DNA from: an uncultured Alphaproteobacteria bacterium
GTDB lineage: Bacteria; Pseudomonadota; Alphaproteobacteria; Rhizobiales; Hyphomicrobiaceae
Direction: 5' to 3'
Length of the DNA stretch: 64,000 nt
Assembly (NCBI GenBank): GCA_963831185.1
Contig: CAWHPE010000008.1
Coordinates: 13,642 to 77,641, forward strand
Shown one piece after another: positions 18,609 through 27,576 of the stretch. A program made the position numbers and the translations under genes. Position 1 is the stretch's first letter; each line of letters opens with the position of its first letter. The notes below the pieces were generated by a model, which did not search any database, was not told the DNA's origin, and saw only the letters and a program-made list of their open reading frames with translations.

Positions 18609-19522
18609 AGCGGCGATCGAAATACCGGAAGACTATCTCGGTGGGCTACGCGCATGTGCCAACACCGAAAAAGGTGACCTCTCCGCGTTCGTAATTCAAG
18701 CCATGCTCGAAAATTACGAAGCGGCCAAGGAGGACCGGCGCGCGATGTGTGGCGACACCGGTGTTCCGCGTTGGTACGTCAAGTACGGCAATGACGCACG
18801 CATCGAAGGCGGTCCTGTAGCGCTCGAAGCAGTGTTGCGGCGCGCGACCGCGCGCGCGACCACAAGCGTTCCCCTTCGTCCTAATCGCGTGCATCCCTTG
18901 TGGCGCACTGACAATAACAACAACGTCGGCATCAACGCGCCGGAAATTGAGTATGCATTCCACCCCGAAGCGGACTGGGTCGAACTCACGACGGTCCACA
19001 AGGGTGGCCTGTTCGGGTCAGACTACCGGATGCTGTTCCCTGGCGATGGCATCGACGGCATCAAGCGATTTTATCTCGATACGCTCGTCTCGTTCGGCAA
19101 ACGCGGCCTCGCATGTCAGCCGGCGATCATTGGCGTCGGGCTCGGTGGATCGAAGGACACGTGCATGGTGCTGGGCAAGCAGGCATCCTGCCTCCGCACC
19201 GTCGGCTCCAGAAACCCTGATCCCAAAGATAGCTGCACTTGAGGACGAGCTCAAAGTGCTCGGAAATTCAATCGGAATGGGCGCTATGGGCTTCATGGGG
19301 TCCTCGATGGTTGTTGATTGCCATATCGAAGTGGGCTTCTGCCATACCGGCGGGATGCCGATGAGCGTGCACATGTTTTGCCTGTCGTCGCGGCGCGCCG
19401 TCGCTCGGATTTACGCGGATGGCCGTGTCGAATACCGCACCGACCCGATGTGGTTCACGGATTACATGCGGCGCTCGTCGGTCGAGTGGGACCATTCAGA
19501 TAACGCAGTGGCAGCGGAGTAA
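18559..19522 (+). pseudogene. Fe-S hydro-lyase alpha subunit (class I fumarase / tartrate dehydratase TtdA-like), frameshifted
   Basis: MCGDTGVPRWYV and GVGLGGSKD in the first frame. IAALEDELKVLGNSIGMGAMGF..HTGGMP continues in another frame after ~19228. AAGGAAGGA lies upstream of ATG 18559. Confidence 0.8.
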
Positions 19523-19527
19523 GCCCA

Positions 19528-20200
19528 ATGTCTCAGCTAAAAACCGTCGATTTGTCGTTGCGGGCATCGACTGCAGACCTCCGGCAACTCGAAATCGGAA
19601 CCGTCGTCTATCTCACGGGCCGTGTTTTTACGGCGCGTGAAGGCGTCTACGCGCGCGCGGTCGAATCCGGCGGTGCTCTACCGGCAAGTCCTGAGGAATT
19701 GGGGTCTGCAAATTTCCATTGTTCTCCAGCCGCGTCCATTAACCCCGATGGCACCACCACGATGGGCGCTGTGACGGCAACTGCATCGTTTCGGTTCGCG
19801 AAATATTTGGAAGGCTGGTTCAAAGCTTCGAAGTGCAACATCATTATTGGTAAAGGCGGTATGACGTCCGAAATCTATCGGAAGAACTTCGTACCGAATG
19901 AGGCGATCTATCTGACGACTGTTGGCTATGGCACCGGGGCCTTGCTGGGTCGCGGCATCAAGCGTGTCGCGGCGACACACTGGATTAAAGAACTGGGTCT
20001 TGCTCAAGGCATCTGGGTGCTTGATGTCGCGCGATTTCGGACCTTTCATCGTCGAGAGCGATCTTGATGGAAACTCACTCTTCGAACGTGAAAACGCCAA
20101 GATCGCGCCAGGAATCGAAAAACTCTATGCCGGGACACGGCCGGCGACATTGCGCCGCTTTGGTGAGACTGACGATAAGAAGGACGAACTGATCTCATAG
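19528..20200 (+). pseudogene. Fe-S hydro-lyase beta subunit (FumA C-terminal/TtdB-like), frameshifted
   Basis: YLTGRVFTAREGVY and IIIGKGGM in the first frame. The conserved C-terminus DFGPFIVESDLDGNSLF lies in another frame after ~20030. Confidence 0.8.
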
Positions 20201-20256
20201 CAGAGCGGTCAAAGCTGATTGCCCTCACTGCACATCTAAATTTGGAGCGAAATGTA

Positions 20257-21897
20257 ATGTCCAGAGCCTTCCGCGGCGCTGATCTCTTGGCAGCAGCACT
20301 CGCAAGCGCTGGCGTAAAAGCGATCTTCACCTTATCCGGCAATCACATCATGCCGGTGTTCGATGCGCTCCTCGATACCAAAATTGATCTGATCCATGTG
20401 CGCCATGAAGCTGCAGCCGTCCATATGGCGGATGCATTCGCACGACTGACGGGGGAGATCGGCGTTGCTTTGGTCACCGGTGGTCAAGGACACACGAACG
20501 CCGTCGCAGCTCTAACGACTGCTCAGTGTGCCGAGGCGCCAATCCTTCTTCTCTCCGGTCACGCAGGCTTAAAGGAGTTGGGGCGAGGTGCGTTTCAAGA
20601 GTTGGCGCAAGTTGAACTGGCTCGCCCGGTTACTAAGGCGTCATGGTTGGTGCGATCTGCTGCGCGTTTGGGGCACGATATTGCCGAGGCAATCCGCATT
20701 GCAAAGAGTGGCCGTCCGGGCCCTGTTCACCTCAGCCTGCCCGTCGATCTTCTCGAAGCTCTCCTTCCCGACGCACCAAGCCTGTGGCCATCACCTGCAG
20801 CGCTTGCAATAGATGCGCAACACCTCTCGACCGCCGCGGCCGAAAATATCGCAACGGCCCTCGCGCGGGCCAAGTGTCCGCTCATTCTCGCGGGGCCGGT
20901 GCTGTGTACGCCGCATGGACGCGTGGTGCTTGCCGAATTGCAGGTGGCAAGTGGCATTCCGGTTCTAGGGATGGAGAGCCCGCGCGGCATCAATGATCCC
21001 AGTTTGGGTGCTTTCGCGGATATCTTGCGGGAAGCTGATCTCATTGTTCTGCTTGGCAAGCCACACGATTTCACTATCCGATTTGGCGCTCCCCCATTCG
21101 TGAGCCAGAAGGCGCAATTTATCGTCCTAGATCCTGAGGCTGACTTGATTGAGCGCGCCAAGCGCGAGCAAGGCGAACGTGTGATCCTGTCTGCGGTTTC
21201 TGATGCACGGTCAGCAGCGATTTGTTTGACCACAGTTCTAGGAGAAAAGTTACATCCGTCGCATGCGTGGCGAGATGAAGTGCTTGCGGCCACGTCCTAT
21301 CGTCCGCAGCATTGGCGCACGATCCGCGGCAAGCACGGCGCCGTGCATCCGATCGAACTGTGTCGAGCAGTGCAAGCGGTGATTGATCGAGACCCGAACA
21401 CCATTTTCATCGCTGACGGTGGCGAGATCGGGCAGTGGGTACAGAGTGGTGTCATCGCCCGTCGCCGCGTCATCAATGGCGTTGCGGGGTCGATCGGCGC
21501 TGCACTGCCATTTGCTGCCGCCGCGCGTGTCGTCGAACCTAACGCGCCTATTGTCGCTGTGATGGGCGATGGCACCTTTGGCTTCCACATGGCTGAATTA
21601 GATACTGCTGTGCGCCATGGCTTGCCGTATGTCGCCGTCGTGGGCAATGACGCGACGTGGGGCGCGGAACATCAAATCCAACTACGCGACTACGGCAAAG
21701 AGCGTACACATAGTTGCTCGCTTCTGCCGACACGCTACGATCAAGTGGCCACCGCGCTTGGTGGTCATGGCGAATACGTGACAGACGGTGACGCACTGGG
21801 TTCGGCAATCGAGCGCGCCATTGCCAGCGGCAAACCCGCGTGTGTGAACGTGATGATCGAAGGGCTCGCTGCGCCGCAGATCCGCCGCGCGACCTGA
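20257..21897 (+). CDS. Thiamine-diphosphate-dependent enzyme (acetolactate synthase large-subunit-like)
   Basis: ThDP motif GDGTFGFHMAELDTAVRHGLPYVAVVGNDATWG and an N-terminal pyrimidine-binding domain. GGAG lies 9 nt upstream of ATG 20257. Confidence 0.85.
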   Translation: MSRAFRGADLLAAALASAGVKAIFTLSGNHIMPVFDALLDTKIDLIHVRHEAAAVHMADAFARLTGEIGVALVTGGQGHTNAVAALTTAQCAEAPILLLSGHAGLKELGRGAFQELAQVELARPVTKASWLVRSAARLGHDIAEAIRIAKSGRPGPVHLSLPVDLLEALLPDAPSLWPSPAALAIDAQHLSTAAAENIATALARAKCPLILAGPVLCTPHGRVVLAELQVASGIPVLGMESPRGINDPSLGAFADILREADLIVLLGKPHDFTIRFGAPPFVSQKAQFIVLDPEADLIERAKREQGERVILSAVSDARSAAICLTTVLGEKLHPSHAWRDEVLAATSYRPQHWRTIRGKHGAVHPIELCRAVQAVIDRDPNTIFIADGGEIGQWVQSGVIARRRVINGVAGSIGAALPFAAAARVVEPNAPIVAVMGDGTFGFHMAELDTAVRHGLPYVAVVGNDATWGAEHQIQLRDYGKERTHSCSLLPTRYDQVATALGGHGEYVTDGDALGSAIERAIASGKPACVNVMIEGLAAPQIRRAT

Positions 21898-21977
21898 GTG
21901 AATGGGTAGGACTTAGTCCAACGTGTGGGCGATAGAAAGATGAAGCCCAGGTCAGGGGGCGAAGATGGAGACGCTGA

Positions 21978-24231
21978 ATGCCATATTCTACGTATCGCCC
22001 GGAATTGATGGGCACGGCTGTACTCACGCCATCTGGTGCCTTCGAGGCAGGGTCTATGCAGAGCTTCACCCTCGTCTACACCGCCGGCACATTCGGCGTT
22101 GATGACACCGGATCTATCAAGATCGGTTTTCGATTTGCCACCGATTTCGGTCCTGTCCAGTTCAGCAATCCCTCGGCAGCCGGCTATACAACCGCTGAGG
22201 CATCTAACGGCGCCGCACTTGAACTCAAGTGGGAATTCAAGCGCAATATTCGCCCATGGAGTCGCTCGCTCTACATTGGCGTCATCAAGGAATTTCTAGC
22301 GCCCGGTGATACAATCACCATCAGGTTTGGCGATCGCCGGCAGGGTTCACCAGGGATCAGAGTGCAGACATATTGCGAGACGGGATTCGAGTTCCGGGTC
22401 TTCGCCGATCCAATTGCCACCTACGACTACGTTGCGCTGCCCGAAAGTCCAAAGATCTCGATAGTCCCGGGCTCTGGAGTGACGTGGCATGCGGTGCTGC
22501 CAACAGAGGTGCGGGCCGGTGAGCCATTTCGTCTAGCGGTGAAGGCCACGGATCGGTGGGGAAATCCCTCACGGTTAGAGCAGCAAAACTTGAAGCTCGA
22601 GTGGTCACCGCGACGAACTGATCTGCCGGCAACAATTAGCGTGCACAAAGGCGCCTTCGCCGCGACACTTACGAGCCTGACGCAAGTGAACGAGGGAACA
22701 ATCGACGTTCGAGTTGTCGACGAAGGTGGCACCAGCCTTTGCACATCAAATCCGCTGAAGATTGTTTCAACGCGCGCCGAGAAAGTCCATTTTTGGGGGG
22801 ACACGCACGGTCAGTCCGACGAAACACTGGGCACGAACTCAGCTCGCGAGTATTTCGAGTTCGGCCGTGATCGGGCGTTCCTCGATGTGATGGGGCATCA
22901 AGGTAACGATTTTCAAATCACGGGCGCGTTTTGGCAAGACTTGAACGCAATCTCACGCGAGCTCGATGTCCCGGGAAAATTCGTCTGCATTCCCGGATAC
23001 GAATGGTCAGCTAATACAGCCGTCGGTGGTGATCGCAACGTGCACTATCGGCACGAAGGCGAAACCATTCATCGTTCGTCGCATGCGCAGATTGCCGATT
23101 CAACGGATATCGCCGACGAGCAGACCGACGCTCACACCGCTCACGAACTTTTCAAGAAGCTGGCAGGCAAAGACTGCGTGGTCATGGCGCACGTCGGTGG
23201 ACGCTATGCCGATGTCACCTTTGCGCATGATCACAAACTCGAAACCGCGGTCGAAGTACATTCCGCGTGGGGTACGTTTGAATGGATCATCACCGATGCG
23301 CTCAAGAGCGGCTATCGTGTAGGCGTTGTCGCGAACTCCGACGGACACAAAGGCCGGCCGGGCGCCTGTTACCCAGGAGCCTCATTCTTTGGCAGCTATG
23401 GCGGCCTGACGTGCTTCATTGCCAACCGGCTTGATCGCGATTCAATCTTCGAGTGCATGCGCAGAAGGCATCACTACGGCACCACCGGCAATCGCCTCTG
23501 GCTCAACGTCGGCGTCACCACGGTTTCTGACGCCGAAGTCTTCCTCCGCGATCCAGCAGTTACATCGAGTGGCAGCATCTCGGCGCGCCAGGCGATCATG
23601 GGCGATATTCTGCGCGTGAAAGACGAGGATGTTGAACTTGTCATTGCAGCAAGAGGATCAGCGCCGATTGAGCGAGTCGACATTTTCGATGGCATGGATC
23701 TAATCGAGACGTTCCGTCCCTATAGCGCCGATGATTTGGGCGATCGTGTCCGTCTCGTTTACACTGGTGCTGAATATCGCGGCCGGGCACGTACGACGAC
23801 CTGGGACGGCAGACTGCAACTAAGCGGATCGCGGCATTCCGGCGCGACAATGTTCAATAACTGGAATTTGGATCGTGGCATCCAGCATCAGACCGACATT
23901 GCGTGTGATTGGAAGGCGGTGACAACGGGAAATTATGGCGGCATCGACTTGGCAAACGTTGGCCGTGCGGGGACGCTGTCGTTTGAGACGAAGCCAGCTG
24001 CCGGTAAAATTGATCTCGCAAACCTTGGCGTTGATCCCATCATCTTCGATGCCGGTGGACTCGATCGCCGTGTCGAACTGCAAAGGCTGCCGGACAATCT
24101 AACAAAACAAGACGTAGAGTTACGCCGCCGCATCAAGTTGCGCGCAAAAGGAGACACAAGAACTTTTTGTTCGCGTACAGCAAATCGATGGCCACCGCGC
24201 CTGGTCGAGCCCAATCTACATCTTCCGGTAA
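21978..24231 (+). pseudogene. DUF3604-family (PHP-like metal-dependent) protein with a frameshift ~25 codons before the end
   Basis: HFWGDTHGQSDETLG metal-site motif. The plausible C-terminus ETQELFVRVQQIDGHRAWSSPIYIFR* lies in another frame and stops at 24229-24231. The uncorrected frame runs on to 24302, into the convergent gene. Confidence 0.7.
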
Positions 24232-24247
24232 TTCGAGATCTACAGGC

Positions 24248-24664
24248 TCAATCCCGGTTGAGGATCGTGACCCGGCCCTCACGCGGTTCGATCCGCAGTT
24301 GATCACCGGACCTGATCAACGTCGTTGGGTCTCCATCTTCAAAACGATCCATCATGGTCAGGTTTGCCAGGGCGGCGCCTTGCGCGAGGATGGTGTTAGC
24401 ACGGTCGAAAATGATCGCTTTCGGTCCCATTTTTCGCGCGGCCATTTCGTTCAGCATCCAAGCGGACGCGACGCCACCTTTCGCAGTCATGAGAACCAAA
24501 ACTTTATCGACGTAGGATTGACCATGAAGTTTATGCTGTGGCCGTGAAAAGGTACCGGCCAATCGGTCAAGATCGTAGCGTGCGGAGAAATTGTCTGAAG
24601 CAACCAGTGCTTCTCCTTCGACGGTCGGGCCGATCCCTGGATGGCACTTGAGTACGATCGGCAT
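24248..24664 (-). CDS. Aconitase X swivel-domain small subunit (DUF126)
   Basis: 138 aa. LVLMTAKGGVASAWMLNEMAARKMGPKAIIF is typical of AcnX small subunits. It abuts the large-subunit gene. Confidence 0.75.
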   Translation of the reverse strand: MPIVLKCHPGIGPTVEGEALVASDNFSARYDLDRLAGTFSRPQHKLHGQSYVDKVLVLMTAKGGVASAWMLNEMAARKMGPKAIIFDRANTILAQGAALANLTMMDRFEDGDPTTLIRSGDQLRIEPREGRVTILNRD

Positions 24665-25974
24665 CAGAGCACCTTTCCGGCAACAGCACTGTCAATGCAG
24701 CGCGCCATGGTCGCCAATGTCGGCTTGTAACCGTAGCCGCCAATAATGTTGATGAGCTTCGCCGAGTTCGACATGAGGCGCGTCCAGCCGTTTGCTTCAG
24801 CCATCTCGCGAGCATAGCTCTGATAGAAGCAAACGCCGGCCGCAACCGTGGCACCCGCTGCTTCCATGCGTTCGGTTAGTCCCATGCGGTCGGCAGCGAA
24901 CTTGATTTCCGGAGAAGTCGCCACAATCAATGACGTGTGGCTGTGGACGCGACGTCCATCGAGCAGGCCGGCGACCTGCTCAAGCTCGATCAAAGAAAGC
25001 TGAGGTGCTGCGAAAACAACCACGTCAAGCTTTTCGCCTTGAGCACCGTAGCTTCCATAAAAAGCATCAAGATCAGCAGCAGTGATGATGTGAGCCTTCG
25101 GCGCAGCGGTGCCATGAAAGGCATCAGCGAGCGTAGGGGCGTCGCTTGTGATGCCCGGCATATGGAACATGGCCAGTGAACCAAAACTGGCGGCTGCAGC
25201 ACCGAAATGCTTGAGCTCATCTGATGTTGGCTGTGCGGCAAGACCTGTCACCACGGGCACATTCCAGTAGCTGTTGGAGGCCCGGCCGATAATAGCCCCA
25301 AGCGCCCCCCAGTCGCTGAGGTCTTTGGGTTGGCAGGTGACCTCAAACAGCAACGTCCCCCGCCGGTGGCGGTCAAGATGATATGCATATCGCGGCGTGC
25401 GCCCGGTTAACCCAGCCGCCAAGGCAGACGGGCCACCCTCGAAATTGCTACGTGCGCCCATCACGCTATTGGCATAGATCACGACACCGGTATCACCCAT
25501 GGCGAGATGCTCACCCCGAACCGGGGGCAAGATTGTCTGATAGTTGATGCAGGTATTGGTCATCAAAACGCCGAACGCCTCGAAAGCCTTGCTGGCGCGG
25601 GCCTCGAGATCAGCCATCCGCTCGGTCTGCCGCAACTTCTTATACGTGGCGAAATCCAGTCCGCGCGGATCTGTGATCGTCGGAATGCGGACGCGCCTGT
25701 CAGCCGCAGGATGGGATGCAAGCTGCTCGAGCCAAGCAACGCCGACATCGCCGAGGCTTTCGGTGTCGGCCATGATGTGCGCCTGAGCGACGGGGACGAA
25801 GTCCTCGGCATCAAAAAAACTACCAACAGCGATCTGATGCTGGATGGCCCACTGTCGCGCGGGGCCATGATGACCGGCTAACATGTCAGTCTCGTCTTGG
25901 GTCAGTCGCAAATCACGCCCCGTCAATGGCAAGAGTTGGGGGCATGCGCGCGGCCTTGCACCGCGCGCATGCAA
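24664..25974 (-). CDS. Aconitase X catalytic large subunit (DUF521)
   Basis: LTQDETDMLAGHHGPARQWAI..AQAHIMADTES pattern of AcnX/DUF521. The true start is probably an alternative codon some 15-20 codons inside the ORF. Confidence 0.75.
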   Translation of the reverse strand: MHARGARPRACPQLLPLTGRDLRLTQDETDMLAGHHGPARQWAIQHQIAVGSFFDAEDFVPVAQAHIMADTESLGDVGVAWLEQLASHPAADRRVRIPTITDPRGLDFATYKKLRQTERMADLEARASKAFEAFGVLMTNTCINYQTILPPVRGEHLAMGDTGVVIYANSVMGARSNFEGGPSALAAGLTGRTPRYAYHLDRHRRGTLLFEVTCQPKDLSDWGALGAIIGRASNSYWNVPVVTGLAAQPTSDELKHFGAAAASFGSLAMFHMPGITSDAPTLADAFHGTAAPKAHIITAADLDAFYGSYGAQGEKLDVVVFAAPQLSLIELEQVAGLLDGRRVHSHTSLIVATSPEIKFAADRMGLTERMEAAGATVAAGVCFYQSYAREMAEANGWTRLMSNSAKLINIIGGYGYKPTLATMARCIDSAVAGKVL

Positions 25975-25987
25975 TGCATTGTAAAAA

Positions 25988-26974
25988 TTACTGGGCCGTC
26001 ACGCCCGCAGCCTTAAGCACCGGTGTAATCCGCGCAACTTCACTCTCGACAAGCTTCTGCAAGCCGGCAGGACCACGGTCGGCACCTTTGGGTGCGGTGC
26101 TGCCGAGCTCAACATAGCGCTTGCTGATCGTAGCATCGTCGAGCGCAGCACTGAGAGCAGCAACCAATTTACTGCGGACGGCATCTGGCAGCCCTTTGGG
26201 TGCAACCATCGCGTTCCACGCACTGAAAATGAAATTGGCTCCGGCCTCTTTCGTTGTCGGCACGTCGGGTAAGCTGGCCAGCCGCTCCGGAGCTGCAACA
26301 GCGAAGGCTTTGACTGTCCCTGCCTTAATGTGCGGTATCACGTTGAGCGCCTGATCGACAATATAGTCAATCTGTCCAGCGACGAGATCGTTCATGGCCG
26401 GCCCCGTTCCGCGGTATGCCACCAATCCTGGCTTTAACCCAAACTGACCATTAAAAACCACGCCCGCGACGTGCGAAATGGATCCGACACCGGCGTGCGC
26501 GTAGCTTAGCTTCTGATGGTTGGATTTAGCAAACGCCAGAAACTCTGACAGCGACTTCGCGGGCGTCGCTATTTTTGCGACAACGACTTGCGGCGTATAG
26601 TTCACGATGCCGATCTGGTCGAAACTCTTCGCCGGATCGTACTTGAGGCCCGGGTAGAGGGCAGGCGCCGCCGACTGGGTCCCCATGTTTCCAACGCCAA
26701 TCGTATAACCATCGGGAGCAGCTTGCGCGACACGCGTCATGCCAGTCGATCCGCCCGCGCCGGCCACGTTCTCAATCAGGATAGATTGGCCGAGAGTGCG
26801 CGACATGTGCTCGCCAACAATGCGCGCGACGACGTCGGTTGGTCCGCCAGCCGCAAAAGGAACAACAATCGTGATGGGTTTGGATGGATAAGTGTCTTGA
26901 GCGTTGGCAGACACCGCACCGAATATGCAGAATGCCATGAAGAGCAGTGAACCAGTACGTGTGATAGCGCGCAT
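25988..26974 (-). CDS. TctC/Bug-family periplasmic substrate-binding protein
   Basis: Signal peptide plus YPSKPITIVVPFAAGGPTDVVAR. First gene of a minus-strand tctC-acnX operon. Confidence 0.8.
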   Translation of the reverse strand: MRAITRTGSLLFMAFCIFGAVSANAQDTYPSKPITIVVPFAAGGPTDVVARIVGEHMSRTLGQSILIENVAGAGGSTGMTRVAQAAPDGYTIGVGNMGTQSAAPALYPGLKYDPAKSFDQIGIVNYTPQVVVAKIATPAKSLSEFLAFAKSNHQKLSYAHAGVGSISHVAGVVFNGQFGLKPGLVAYRGTGPAMNDLVAGQIDYIVDQALNVIPHIKAGTVKAFAVAAPERLASLPDVPTTKEAGANFIFSAWNAMVAPKGLPDAVRSKLVAALSAALDDATISKRYVELGSTAPKGADRGPAGLQKLVESEVARITPVLKAAGVTAQ

Positions 26975-27576
26975 GCCCTGCCTCGATTGGTGGTCAAAAA
27001 CGGATTGGCCAGCAGTGACATTGGATCACCCGATGAGCGTGCCCAATGACATGCTGCGTTCGATGCTCGGTTCTTGAGTGTCACCTCAAGAACGGTGCCT
27101 GAATGCTAGTTCAGGCTCAAAGATCGCGCTAGCGGCAATGTCTTCGCCGACCTTCTGCTGGCGATCCGCACTTGCTAAAAACCTGAGTGACGACATCGCT
27201 GCAGCGCAACAGAGAAGCAACATCCACACAGCCCGCTTAATATCCGGCCGGAGTGGTACGCCTTCCAAAAGACTGGAGCCGCCGTGAAGTGAGGTGGTTA
27301 CCCGTCGGAATTCGCGACAAACTCGTCGTTCCGCGGTCTGTAAGCAATCGAGCTTGATGGAAAAGATCGTTGTTTATCAGTAATTTACGGCGGTATGAGG
27401 TGTGCGAAAAAATCTTCTAATTTAAATCGACTGGTCTGACGTCACGCTGCAAGGTCATAATTTGGTCTGGAGTTGCAGACTGATCGAATCCGCGTCCATA
27501 TGTGGGCTAAAATGATGATCCGTTTTGCGGCGCGTGGCTTGGACAAAACGAAGACAGGAATTGAAGTACCAACGCA

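Noticed and set aside
12055-27576. Genomic island integrated at the 3' end of tRNA-His
   Set aside because: There is no integrase, excisionase or transposase. I found no direct repeat of the tRNA 3' end by eye, and no obvious compositional break. The content is metabolic. Treated as ordinary accessory chromosome.
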